Of a DNA stretch of 64,000 nt, positions 31,285 through 41,183 are shown in pieces (position 1 is the first letter of the stretch; every line of letters begins with the position of its first letter). The notes under the pieces were generated by a model, which did no database searches, was not told the origin of the DNA, and saw only the letters and a program-made list of their open reading frames with translations. The DNA lies in contig JABIBQ010000028.1 of assembly GCA_018652685.1 (NCBI GenBank), forward strand, positions 34,648-98,647, read 5' to 3'. The position numbers and the translations under genes are program-made. This DNA is from Candidatus Bathyarchaeota archaeon (GTDB lineage: Archaea > Thermoproteota > Bathyarchaeia > TCS64).

Positions 31285-31552
31285 GAAATTCAAATGAAAT
31301 GGTAATCTACCGCTATTTAGACCCTTACACATATAATATTCAATTATTTGTGATATTAAATATGATTCAAATCGGGGAGTGGGACAAGATGGGCCGTATC
31401 GTGAAGATGTGTCATTTTTCTTACATCGGCTACGAGACCGTCATAGACTAAAGTACCTCGATTGGCTCCCTTGTGCACATTGACCGTGAGCACTCATATG
31501 AGATAAAAACCCGACATAATTAACTATTACTAATAAATTATTGTAATAATGG

Positions 31553-32890
31553 TCAACTGTACCGGGAGAGGATTTCCTTGGCCGAGTCGCTGACGGGTAT
31601 CAAGGCCCGTTTGAACCCCGCGGGGTCCTTGAACATGGGCTTCGTCGCGTCAACTCCCACCTTGGTCCCCATCTCCTTCTCCTGGTCCCCAGCCGGGTCA
31701 AGACTGCTGACCCTGACTCCCGGGATAACCAGCAAATCCTCGGCCCCGTTGAAACGGGTGGCTATGGCCCACTCTACCTGCTCCATGTCGTAAGGGTCGA
31801 TGTCGCTGTCCACCACAACTGCATGCTTCAGGCTCGGATGGGCCGCGAATATTGCCATCAGTACGTTCTTTGGATCTCCCTCTTTGGACTTATCAAAGCT
31901 CACCACGCAGTGAAGCCAGCCCATTCCTCCAGTGGACATGTTGACGCCCCGGACGGTGGGCACGATATTACTGACGTACTCCCAGATCCTTGGCTCCCTG
32001 GGCATCCCCATGAGGAGCCTGTGCTCGCTTCCAGAGGGGAGCAACCCGTGATACATGTAGTCCTTCCGGTGCATGACACCAACCAACTCAAGTGTAGGCT
32101 GCTGCCTCTGGACATCAAAAGTGCCCGAAAGATCCACGAACGGGCCCTCCGTTGAAAGCTTGTCTAGATGAAGTTTGCATTCTAGAACTATTTCTGCGTC
32201 GGCCGGTGCCAGTGCATCAACGTGTTCGCACTGGGTGAGCTGGAGTGTTCCCCCGAGGAGCCTGTTTGCCACATCGAACTCACTTGTACCGAAGCTGGCT
32301 GGTAAAGCTGCAGCCATCAGAGTAGCGGGGTGGTGCCCGATGGTAACCGCCACATCCAGGCTGGTTTTCCCCATCTCCTCGGCCTGCTTCGTGAGTTTGT
32401 AGAGGTGTCTGTGCACGATCCTGATGGCCATGTGCTTATCATCCAGCACTAAGAGCCGGTGGAAGCTGACGTTCTCGGATTTCCCGTCGGGTCCCTTGGT
32501 GTGGATGATGCCGGATGTGATGTATGGTCCGGGGTCGCCCTCGAAGTGGGTTAGAACCGGGATCTTGGCCATGTTGCCCTCGATGATCACTTCCTTGACG
32601 GGGCCGGTTTCCACTATCTCGCATTTCAGCGGGGTCTTTGTCGCCTCGATCAACATAGGGTAGAGGGTCTCCGCCGTGGCCCCTATTGATCTCAGGAGCC
32701 TGGGCCTGTTGCCGTTAACTCCTCCGACTACTGTGACACCAGTCTCTTTTTCCTTAACTATAATCGCCTTGCCGCCGTCGAACTGGCGCAACGCCGCCGC
32801 TATCTCATAGTTCCTTGAGAGCGGCTCGTTGATCACTACCGTCTCTGACTCGATCTCCATCAGGAATGTTCGCAGATTATTCTTTGCCAT
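31553..32890 (-). CDS. UbiD-family decarboxylase, likely anhydromevalonate-phosphate decarboxylase
   Basis: N.SFHRL, EGPFVD.SGT.D, EHRLLMG.PRE, GG.GWLH, VVVD.DID, KVGVDAT; adjacent to the AcnX pair. Confidence 0.9.
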   Translation of the reverse strand: MAKNNLRTFLMEIESETVVINEPLSRNYEIAAALRQFDGGKAIIVKEKETGVTVVGGVNGNRPRLLRSIGATAETLYPMLIEATKTPLKCEIVETGPVKEVIIEGNMAKIPVLTHFEGDPGPYITSGIIHTKGPDGKSENVSFHRLLVLDDKHMAIRIVHRHLYKLTKQAEEMGKTSLDVAVTIGHHPATLMAAALPASFGTSEFDVANRLLGGTLQLTQCEHVDALAPADAEIVLECKLHLDKLSTEGPFVDLSGTFDVQRQQPTLELVGVMHRKDYMYHGLLPSGSEHRLLMGMPREPRIWEYVSNIVPTVRGVNMSTGGMGWLHCVVSFDKSKEGDPKNVLMAIFAAHPSLKHAVVVDSDIDPYDMEQVEWAIATRFNGAEDLLVIPGVRVSSLDPAGDQEKEMGTKVGVDATKPMFKDPAGFKRALIPVSDSAKEILSRYS

Positions 32891-33200
32891 CGTTTAACAA
32901 CTCGTTTAGTAGCCCCAACACTGTTTTCCCATCGAAGCCCATTGGAAGGTTGGTTGATACAAGCGCCATTTTCTCGTAATCGGAGGCGATCCTCTCCCCT
33001 ATCATACGCGAGAGCATCTCATCCCTGTCCCCCAGCAGCTGGCTGCTTGACCTGTCAGGGAGGGTCACTGATACCCCGCCCAGTTTAGGCTTCTCACCGA
33101 CCCAGAAGAAGGCCAGCACCGCGTTCTCCAGCTCGCTGATGGAGCCGTGGAGGATCTTCTCCTCGACGGTGGCCGTCTTCTCGGAAAACTTGAGACTCAT
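32877..33200 (-). CDS. Hypothetical protein resembling proteasome assembly chaperone PAC3/PAC4
   Basis: 107 aa; FFWVG...KLG.VSV.LP..SSS.LLG.....SR..GERIA.....ALVS.NL pattern; overlaps the ubiD start. Confidence 0.55.
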   Translation of the reverse strand: MSLKFSEKTATVEEKILHGSISELENAVLAFFWVGEKPKLGGVSVTLPDRSSSQLLGDRDEMLSRMIGERIASDYEKMALVSTNLPMGFDGKTVLGLLNELLNDGKE

Positions 33201-33238
33201 TTAACAAGATTTAGCCACTTAACGTTGTTAAGGGTTGT

Positions 33239-34342
33239 CTAGGCGATCTTTGCTAACTTCGTCTCGTGTCTACTGACAACAACCCGCATGAAGCCTGATA
33301 GCTCCTCGTCAAGCCCAGAGTCTCCGGTATCGACTGACAAGGTTCCAATCTGAGCCAGCTTCGTGGCCGTAGAAACAATGATTATATTCTTTTTTCCGAC
33401 CCGGCGAACCACCTCGGGACTGATCTGCTGGTTTCCACGCCCCAGGATTGATCCCATCCCGCCGAGGGGAGATATCAAGATATAGTTCTCATCGCCCATC
33501 TCCGCGAGGATTCCGGCTTCATCAACATCGACCCCGATCAACTCGCCGTTCCTCACAAGGTCGATACCGAGAATCGTTTTGTCTAGTTCAAGTTGATCGG
33601 TGACCGATGCAACGGTTGAACCCGGCCCCATGATGTATAGCGCATCCCACCTCATCTCCTCTGCGATTCGTTCCCCGATCGCCTCCTTGATGAGGCTCTC
33701 GTCTACCGTGTGCACTGCTGATTTCTCGTTGAGCACCAGCGACGCGATGAACGGCGTCCTGGAGTAGCCCTTGAGCTCCGCTGACAGGTACCCCTCTCTG
33801 TACGCTTCCTCGTCTATGTCCATTACCTCGCGTTCAGCCAACGATGCTTCGCCCGCTATGAACCTCCTGATAAGTTCCCCACTTGCCTTCGGCGTCGTGC
33901 CAAAAACGCCACTATACATTTTGACCCCGGACGGGATACCGAGTATCGGAACCTGAGTGCCTACAGCACCCATGACATCAACTGCTGTCCCGTCCCCACC
34001 GGTGAATACGATCAAGTTCGGGCTCACATCAAGCATGGCCTCCGCCGCCTTCACTGTGTCCTCCTTACCAGTCTTTCCACTAGACGGTGATCCTAGTACT
34101 TGGGGCGATAACCCAAGTCTCTTCAGAACATCCTCTCCCATGGGGCCTCCCCAGGTCACCCACTGGCTATCAGCTTTTTTCAGTGTCTCCAGTGCCTGAA
34201 TAGCTCTGTCCTGTGCCCTGGGAAACGCACCCCTCATGATGGCCTCCCTGAGTGTGTCCTCGCCGTCGGTCCCCTTGAGTCCCACCCTTCCACCCATCCC
34301 CGCTATGGGGTTAATGATCAGTCCGATACGCATCGTAGACAA
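33239..34342 (-). CDS. ATP-NAD/AcoX kinase family protein
   Basis: INPIAGMGGRVGLKGTDG, GGDGTA.D, GIPSGVKMYSGVF, GRGNQQISP, VDTGD. Confidence 0.92.
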   Translation of the reverse strand: MSTMRIGLIINPIAGMGGRVGLKGTDGEDTLREAIMRGAFPRAQDRAIQALETLKKADSQWVTWGGPMGEDVLKRLGLSPQVLGSPSSGKTGKEDTVKAAEAMLDVSPNLIVFTGGDGTAVDVMGAVGTQVPILGIPSGVKMYSGVFGTTPKASGELIRRFIAGEASLAEREVMDIDEEAYREGYLSAELKGYSRTPFIASLVLNEKSAVHTVDESLIKEAIGERIAEEMRWDALYIMGPGSTVASVTDQLELDKTILGIDLVRNGELIGVDVDEAGILAEMGDENYILISPLGGMGSILGRGNQQISPEVVRRVGKKNIIIVSTATKLAQIGTLSVDTGDSGLDEELSGFMRVVVSRHETKLAKIA

Positions 34343-34403
34343 TCCTAGTTATCGCAATTTAAATAAAAGCCTCGCATATCCTACATGAACGGAGTCTAAA
34401 GTT

Positions 34404-36401
34404 TTGGCTGATAACTCACAGGGATTTGATACGGACGCGATACTGAGTAAATTAAGGGTCTCCCGGCTTCAGGCCATAGAGATAGCCGTGGTCGCAATTG
34501 TCGCGGTCGTGGCAGTTCTAATCAGGATGCTTCCTCTCCAGTACGGTGCCTATCTCACCGCCTTTGACCCCCTGTTCCAGTACAGGGCAACCGAATATGT
34601 CGTCGAGAATGGATACGCTGCGTGGTGGACATGGCATGACACTCTGAGCTGGTACCCAATGGGCAGGGATATACCATCAACCGCTTACCCTGGAATCCCG
34701 TTCACAGCGGCCTTCCTCTATGGAATAGCCAAGATATTCATCTCAAATCTAACGGTCCTGGATGTCGCCTTATATTACCCCATTTTCATGGCTGTCTTGA
34801 CCATCATCGCGATATACTTCCTCGGGAAAGAGGTTGGAGGCTCGCCGGCAGGGATATTCGCCGCCCTGTTCATGGCAATCAGTCCTGCATATATCAGAAG
34901 GTCCTCGTTTGGGTTCTTTGATACCGAGAACATTGGTGTCTTTGCAATAGTATTGACAAGCCTGTTCTTCCTTCGTGCGAACGACGACAAAAACAAGATA
35001 GAGAAGAAGGTTGTATATGCGGTTCTTTCAGGCTTATCATTGGGGCTCATCTACGCTAGCTGGGGGGCGGCCAAGTATATGTCCGGTCTCCTCATGCTGT
35101 ACATGCTCCTGATCGTTGCCTCGGAGAAATACAGTTCAAAGTATCTCATCTCATACAGCTTCACGATAGGACTCGGTTTCCTCGTTGTCTCGTTGACACC
35201 GAGGCTAGGTCCAAACACCCTCATGGGGATGGACAGCCTTGCATCGTTCGGGCTAGTCGTCCTCTTACTTGGTTACGAGTTCGTCAAGGATAGAATCGAT
35301 ATCGGAGTTGTAAGCGTCGGAGCAGCCGGATTGGTAGTTCTAGCGGTCCTACTCGTATACATACTGCCAGCTGTGGGAATCACACTGCCCATTGGCAACA
35401 AGTTCCTACAAGTCCTGAATCCTTTCACATCAGGCAGTAGTTTCCTGTACGACTCAGTTGCTGAGAACCATGTCACCGCATGGACATCACTGTTCAATGA
35501 TTACGGCTTGGTCCTCGCCCTCGGGGTGTTTGGGTCCTATTACGCCGTGAAGGAGCTTGACGAGAAGAACTTGTACGCGCTTGCCTTCTTCACAACAGGG
35601 CTTTATTTCGCGGGCGTCATGAGCAGGCTAACTCAGATACTGGCAGCACCCGCATGTCTGATGGGAGCCTACGGAATAGTTATGGCTGTTAAGCCGTTCC
35701 TACAACCCAAAGCGTCGGAGTCAAGCAGCCGAAAATCCAGAAGAAAGAACGAAGTCTCAGGTGTCAGCAAGCGCCTGGTTTTGTTCTTCATGGCGTTTAT
35801 GTTACTGGCGCTGATACCAAACGTGAACAACGCTATCAAGGCCGCGGATTCGCCAACTCAGTTGGCATCCTCTTCGATCAGTGTCAAGATCGATGGCGAG
35901 TATCCCCAGGACTGGCCCCAGGCACTTGAGTGGATGAAGGAGAACGTCGGAGACGACGAGGTGGGCTGCAGCTGGGGGGACTATGGTTACTGGATCGAGG
36001 CAATGGCTGGCAAGACCACAATGGCTGACGGCGCGACGCAGACCACGAGGCAGATCAGCACCATCGGAAAGATAATGATGAGCGAGCCCGAGGAGAGCCT
36101 CGAGCTGCTTGAGAGGTACGATGCCGACTATATTTTGGTGTTCTTCACGCATGAACCTGACAACGTACAGAAAGGCTGGCCTTTCGGTGATAACGTGAAG
36201 TGGGAGTGGATGGTGAGGATCGGTGGACTTGATCCTAACGATTACGTCAACTACACCGCAGGGATTTACAAGGATGGCTTCATAAACAGCACTCTTGTGA
36301 GCCTCATGTACGAGATGCCTGAACAAGGATATGAGCAGGTATTCGCTAGCGAGAACAGTTTCGTTCTCATCTACAAGCTAGAATATCCCGAGACAGGCTA
36401 G
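34404..36401 (+). CDS. aglB: Oligosaccharyltransferase AglB (STT3 family)
   Basis: FDPLFQYR, SWYPMGR...T.YPG, GFFDTE, SVAEN, DW..ALEW, SWGDYGYWI (WWDYG variant), many TM helices. Confidence 0.92.
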   Translation: MADNSQGFDTDAILSKLRVSRLQAIEIAVVAIVAVVAVLIRMLPLQYGAYLTAFDPLFQYRATEYVVENGYAAWWTWHDTLSWYPMGRDIPSTAYPGIPFTAAFLYGIAKIFISNLTVLDVALYYPIFMAVLTIIAIYFLGKEVGGSPAGIFAALFMAISPAYIRRSSFGFFDTENIGVFAIVLTSLFFLRANDDKNKIEKKVVYAVLSGLSLGLIYASWGAAKYMSGLLMLYMLLIVASEKYSSKYLISYSFTIGLGFLVVSLTPRLGPNTLMGMDSLASFGLVVLLLGYEFVKDRIDIGVVSVGAAGLVVLAVLLVYILPAVGITLPIGNKFLQVLNPFTSGSSFLYDSVAENHVTAWTSLFNDYGLVLALGVFGSYYAVKELDEKNLYALAFFTTGLYFAGVMSRLTQILAAPACLMGAYGIVMAVKPFLQPKASESSSRKSRRKNEVSGVSKRLVLFFMAFMLLALIPNVNNAIKAADSPTQLASSSISVKIDGEYPQDWPQALEWMKENVGDDEVGCSWGDYGYWIEAMAGKTTMADGATQTTRQISTIGKIMMSEPEESLELLERYDADYILVFFTHEPDNVQKGWPFGDNVKWEWMVRIGGLDPNDYVNYTAGIYKDGFINSTLVSLMYEMPEQGYEQVFASENSFVLIYKLEYPETG

Positions 36402-37570
36402 GCATAGCGGCAGATAATTGCCGCGTTATTTTTCCCTACCATCGTGAAGACCACGAGTCCACGCCTTCTTCCTCGCCCCTGTATCTTCTCATGGATTTTC
36501 CTCATATCGACGCTCATACCCCTAGCCTTGAAGTCCACTCGCCCTATTTCCAGTTCCCCGAGAATGGCGTTGATCTCGTCTTGCTCGGTTCCTGTCACCC
36601 TCAACACCTCGTAGGTCTTCAGTAGAGGTGTTCTCAGCAACTCGTCTCCTGTCAGGTAGGCTATCTTGGAGTGGATCTGTGTAAGCTCATACTGCTGTGC
36701 AAGAGTGTCTATCAGCCTCCCCTTGATGTATGCGGGGTCTGGCTCAAACAGGTATTTCTTAACCTGTGTGACCTCGATTTCAGGAGTGGTTCGCTCCATG
36801 GTCACCTTCTCGGGTAGCTTCGTGGCTAGCGCCGTTTTTTTCTCTTGGTCCAGTTTCAGCTTGCCGAACCAGAGGATAACCTCCTTTACCTCCCCCCTGT
36901 TGGAGATGACTTCGATATCGCAGTTATACCTGATTCTGTCCAGGTCTGTTCCCGGTGATATCTTGACGCACAGGTTTGGACAGATTTTCAGCAATTCTTC
37001 TACGAATGAAAGTGGGGGTGTGTACTCCTCAGTCTTGACGGTCCTGCCGCGCTCTCCTCTTCTGCTGGGGTCAAAGAAAATTACATCCAGTTCACTCAGG
37101 CTCGATTTGAATCCCTCGTCATTGACGAGTTTTGTGATGTCCCCTTGGACGACCTCGACTTTGTTCTGGAGCCCGTAGACCTCGATGTTATGTCTGAATA
37201 CCTCGATCATCTCAGGATCGATCTCTACAGCGACAACCGGCCACCTCAGGGCCATCGCTATAGTGTCTCCCCCGATGCCTGCGCATGCATCAAGGGCTTT
37301 CCTAACGCTGCCCAGCTGTGACCTGATCTTCCACGTTCTGTACTCAGCGACAGCTTTCCCTGTGGCCATGGCAAGACCGTCCCTCGTGAACTTCATCTTG
37401 GACGCCCTGGGGAACTTGTCTCTGCCCTTGGTCTTGTAATGCACATCATCGAGGATACCGTCAATGTCCTCATCACTGACCCTCTGGGCTTCGAGGTACT
37501 TGCGGCGTTTGTTGATGTCCCTGATCTTGGATGCCTCTGCGATCAGGCGTTCCCTGTTGTCGTGGTTCAC
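36398..37570 (-). CDS. Class I SAM-dependent methyltransferase (TGS1-like plus THUMP-like C-terminus)
   Basis: DACAGIGGD, FFDPSRR, VKISPG, YLFEPDPAYI. Confidence 0.8.
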   Translation of the reverse strand: MNHDNRERLIAEASKIRDINKRRKYLEAQRVSDEDIDGILDDVHYKTKGRDKFPRASKMKFTRDGLAMATGKAVAEYRTWKIRSQLGSVRKALDACAGIGGDTIAMALRWPVVAVEIDPEMIEVFRHNIEVYGLQNKVEVVQGDITKLVNDEGFKSSLSELDVIFFDPSRRGERGRTVKTEEYTPPLSFVEELLKICPNLCVKISPGTDLDRIRYNCDIEVISNRGEVKEVILWFGKLKLDQEKKTALATKLPEKVTMERTTPEIEVTQVKKYLFEPDPAYIKGRLIDTLAQQYELTQIHSKIAYLTGDELLRTPLLKTYEVLRVTGTEQDEINAILGELEIGRVDFKARGMSVDMRKIHEKIQGRGRRRGLVVFTMVGKNNAAIICRYA

Positions 37571-37703
37571 GCCTTACCATAATCCCTCACTGATTTAATG
37601 GATGGGTTACACAATGGTCAACCAGAAAGGTTAAGAACGGACTGAGTATTGCTCTAAACACTGGGTTCGATGCATGAACGCATTTCAAGGTTGAGCCACT
37701 TTT

Positions 37704-38306
37704 ATGAACAAGGTAAAGAAAACTGAGTATAAACCCGCCCCAGTCCGCGAGACCCTCATCCGGATGAAGGACATATCAGAGTTAATGATCGATTTGGCAT
37801 ACTCGGCAGCCCTCTTCCACAACAAGGAGCTGGCGGAGGAGGTCATGGAGCTGGAGACCAAGATAGATGACCTCGTCTACTTGCTAAACATGAACCTGAT
37901 GCTGGCTGCCCGTGACAAGAAGGACGCAGAACAACTTGCTGGCGTAGCAAAGGTGGGGAGTCTCACAAACGCCATCAGTGATGCTGCGGCTGACATCGCC
38001 AGCCTTGTCTTGCACGATATCAAGATCCACCCCGTAGTAATGGAAGTCTTCCAGCGGGCAGAGGAGCACTTGACCAGGGTCATCATTGATGAAAACTCGT
38101 TCATGGCTGGAAAGACCGTAGATGACCTGGAACTGGCCGCCGAGGTTGGGGCCGACATCATCGCATTGAGGCGAGGAATATTCTGGGACATCAACCCCGA
38201 CAAGGAGATACTCATGCCAGGCGATTTTGTCGTTGCACGGGGTACCAAGGACGGGCTAGAGAGCCTGGTAAAGGCCGCACGGGCGGAGGTTGACCACCTT
38301 GAGTAG
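37704..38306 (+). CDS. PhoU-like plus TrkA-C domain protein
   Basis: MKD.SELMIDLAYSA, ISDAAADIA, IIALRRG..W..NP. Confidence 0.88.
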   Translation: MNKVKKTEYKPAPVRETLIRMKDISELMIDLAYSAALFHNKELAEEVMELETKIDDLVYLLNMNLMLAARDKKDAEQLAGVAKVGSLTNAISDAAADIASLVLHDIKIHPVVMEVFQRAEEHLTRVIIDENSFMAGKTVDDLELAAEVGADIIALRRGIFWDINPDKEILMPGDFVVARGTKDGLESLVKAARAEVDHLE

Positions 38307-38877
38307 TGCCGACCGAGCTCACTGGGAGCGGATCACCGAGGACTTAGTGACGCTAAAGGACACAAGCGAGATGATGATGGATCTGGCATACAGTGCCCTG
38401 CTTCTCAACAGCAGCTTCCTCGCGGATGAGGTTATGATGCTTGAGGAGCAGATGGACGAACTTCACATCTCATTCCAGAAACGAGTGCTCTCCCGTACCG
38501 AAGAAGAGACCAAACCCGAAGACCTTCTGGGAATCATCCGGATGGGTAATGTTACAGAAAGAATAGCCGATGCCGCGTCTGAGATAGCCGAAGTAGTCCT
38601 TAGAGGAGATGAGCCCCACAGGGTTCTCCAGATGGTTATTCAGGACGCAGAGGAAACCGTTGAGCGTGCTGTTGTTGGCGAGAACTCGTTAATCTCAGGA
38701 AAGACCCTTAAGGATGCAGAGATAGCCGATGAGACCGGTATGTGGGTGCTTGTCGTTCGTAGAGGTCCCCTCTGGATCAGGCCAAAACCATCTACCATGC
38801 TGTTCCCAGGCGATGTCATCATCGCAAGCGGGTACAGTGAGGGAGAGGAAGATTTCAAACAATTAGTTTCTGGATAG
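38290..38877 (+). CDS. PhoU-like plus TrkA-C domain protein (tandem paralog)
   Basis: LKDTSE.M.DLAYSALL, ERIADAA.EIA, TGMWVLVVRRG..WI.P. Confidence 0.88.
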   Translation: MTTLSSADRAHWERITEDLVTLKDTSEMMMDLAYSALLLNSSFLADEVMMLEEQMDELHISFQKRVLSRTEEETKPEDLLGIIRMGNVTERIADAASEIAEVVLRGDEPHRVLQMVIQDAEETVERAVVGENSLISGKTLKDAEIADETGMWVLVVRRGPLWIRPKPSTMLFPGDVIIASGYSEGEEDFKQLVSG

Positions 38878-38886
38878 AAATAGGGG

Positions 38887-39294
38887 TTATTCCTCTGATT
38901 CCTCGATTGGAGCCTCTGGCTCTACCTCGGGTTCGGGCTCCGCTACCTTCTTCTTCGGCGCCTCGATTACTGCAAAGTTCAGGAATGTGGTCTCTTGGCT
39001 AATGGTGTTGCCCCTGACGACCTTTCTCTTCTTCATCCCCTTATCTTTTGGCTTGTAGCCGACACCGCCGCTTAGGACGATGCGTGACTTTGCACTTCCG
39101 TGGACGTCGGGCCTCATTGGGATCCCGTCCTTGTCGGTTCCGCCTGTTAGTTTGAGTTTGTATCCCTGCATACCTGCGAATGAGCCGTCGATGGTCATTC
39201 CGATCCTTGTACCGACGAGAGGTCTCAGCTGAGCGTCTTCGATCTCTACCCTCTGGCTTGTCCCGTTTGGGTCTGAGACGATGAGTATTGGCAT
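38887..39294 (-). CDS. rps6e: Ribosomal protein eS6
   Basis: IVSDP, YKLKLTGG.DKDG.PMRPDVHG, KRK.VRGN; start at MPILIV. Confidence 0.96.
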   Translation of the reverse strand: MPILIVSDPNGTSQRVEIEDAQLRPLVGTRIGMTIDGSFAGMQGYKLKLTGGTDKDGIPMRPDVHGSAKSRIVLSGGVGYKPKDKGMKKRKVVRGNTISQETTFLNFAVIEAPKKKVAEPEPEVEPEAPIEESEE

Positions 39295-39307
39295 TTTTCT
39301 TTTTCTC

Positions 39308-41086
39308 CTATATTGCCCAGAGCATGTCATTCTTGCGTTTCAGCTGAACCAGCTCCCTGAGAGCATCGTTTTGGCTCTCAGTTAGTCTCCCAGCGTACTT
39401 TGTGCGCAAGAGCTTAGCATGTTTCTCTGGAATGTCTACGAACAGAACATCGCGCTCTTTTATATGTCTACCTACGATGGGCTGGGGCATGGCCACAGCC
39501 ACTTCCTTGCCCTCTTCGGCCAATGGAATCGCCTTTCCGCCTTCCTGTATCTGGCTGATCCTGCCAAGTTTCTCACCCGCTTGGTTAATACATTGAACTC
39601 TTGGTGTTAATTGACCAGCCAACACGATGGCACCGAAAATGCTGGGCTTGGCCCGCCGGAAGATATAGCCCTCCATGATCTCGAATTTTCCAGGCTTGAC
39701 AAGGGTATCAAACTCCTTTCTCTCCTTTGCCTCCCTCTCCTCCTCGACCCACCTAACGTACTCGTCCATGAGGTTGTAGATGATGTCGTTCCAAAAGATG
39801 GGGACCTTCTGATCCCTTGCCTCCGTCTCTGCATCCGGCAGGATTTTGACGTTGAACGCTAATATTGCCCCGAGATATGGATCCTCGTACTTGACGCTGA
39901 GGGCCTCCATGACATCCCTCCTGCTTACATCCCCGATATCCGCTGTCCTGATAGGGATGTCCTTCGCCCTGAGGCTATCAACTAGGGCCTCCAGGCTGCC
40001 AAGTGTGTCCGTCTTAACCATGATCCCTGTCTGCTCTGTCTGAACTTTGAGCTGCTCCATCTCTGAGGCGACTTCCTCCATAGCCTTCTCAAGTGTCATG
40101 CCCTCCCCTATGGCAAAGAGGGGTGCTCCTGGTATCGCGTTATCGATATTGGGTGCGGCTATCTTGATACCCGCAGCCGCGTGAGCCTCTTGGATGGTGT
40201 TGAACTGCTTTTTAGAGTCCCTCATCTCCTCCAATGGCTGGGGGACCAGTATCGCCCTTATCTTGGTGGATATGGGGCCTTCTCTACCCCCGATGACAAT
40301 GGTGTCATCGGCATGTAGAGTTCCGTCGTAAATGATGGCGTTGAGGGTCGTGCCCAGGCCCACCTCTTCCCTGACCTCAAGGACAGTGCCCCTGGCTAGT
40401 CCCTCCGTGACCTGCAGCTTCTGTTCGAGGAACTGCTGTGTGAGACCGATGAGGACCATCAATAACTCCCCTATGCCCTCACCTGTCTTTGCGCTGACCG
40501 GTACGATAGCGATATTTTTTGTAAAGTCACGAACCTTGTCAAATCTATCGCTAGCCATACTCTCCCTGCTCAAGGTCCCCATCATGTTGTAGAGTCTATT
40601 GTCAAGGTCTTCTTTGACCCACTTATTCTGGGCATTGTATCCCTTCATGAATGGCCTGTTTTCCTCGGACTTCCAACCTGTGACCCTGTCAATCTTGTTT
40701 GCAGCGATGATAAATGGTACTTTTCTTGCCTTGAGAATCTGGAGGGACTCGAATGTCTGGTTCTCGAAGCCGTGCATTGCGTCAACGACCAGAATAGCGA
40801 TGTCTGCCACGCTTCCCCCCCTCGTCCTGAGGTTGGCGAATGCCTCGTGGCCCGGGGTGTCCACTACAAGAAGACCGGGAACCTTGACGCTGAGGTCAAC
40901 ATTCTGCATCAGCTTCTGTACGATGGCTACAAGGGTGTCAAACGGGAAGTAGCTGGCACCTATCTGCTGGGTGAGGCCGCCGGCCTCCCTCATCTGAACC
41001 GCTGTTCCCCTGATCTTGTCGAGGAGGCTTGTCTTTCCTGTGTCAACGTGACCTAGCATGCATACTATTGGTTGTCTCATCGGCAA
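39308..41086 (-). CDS. infB: Translation initiation factor aIF5B (IF-2)
   Basis: RQPIV..LGHVDTGKT, DTPGHEAF.NLR.RGGS.ADIA, NKID, DTLGSLEA; no intein. Confidence 0.97.
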   Translation of the reverse strand: MPMRQPIVCMLGHVDTGKTSLLDKIRGTAVQMREAGGLTQQIGASYFPFDTLVAIVQKLMQNVDLSVKVPGLLVVDTPGHEAFANLRTRGGSVADIAILVVDAMHGFENQTFESLQILKARKVPFIIAANKIDRVTGWKSEENRPFMKGYNAQNKWVKEDLDNRLYNMMGTLSRESMASDRFDKVRDFTKNIAIVPVSAKTGEGIGELLMVLIGLTQQFLEQKLQVTEGLARGTVLEVREEVGLGTTLNAIIYDGTLHADDTIVIGGREGPISTKIRAILVPQPLEEMRDSKKQFNTIQEAHAAAGIKIAAPNIDNAIPGAPLFAIGEGMTLEKAMEEVASEMEQLKVQTEQTGIMVKTDTLGSLEALVDSLRAKDIPIRTADIGDVSRRDVMEALSVKYEDPYLGAILAFNVKILPDAETEARDQKVPIFWNDIIYNLMDEYVRWVEEEREAKERKEFDTLVKPGKFEIMEGYIFRRAKPSIFGAIVLAGQLTPRVQCINQAGEKLGRISQIQEGGKAIPLAEEGKEVAVAMPQPIVGRHIKERDVLFVDIPEKHAKLLRTKYAGRLTESQNDALRELVQLKRKNDMLWAI

Positions 41087-41183
41087 AGTGCGTACCCGCC
41101 TGTTATGACCAAAAGACGGTTAATATAGGTATCTGGCTAAACGGTTGTGCCCTCAATAGGTTCTAATACCCTGAAAATAACCT

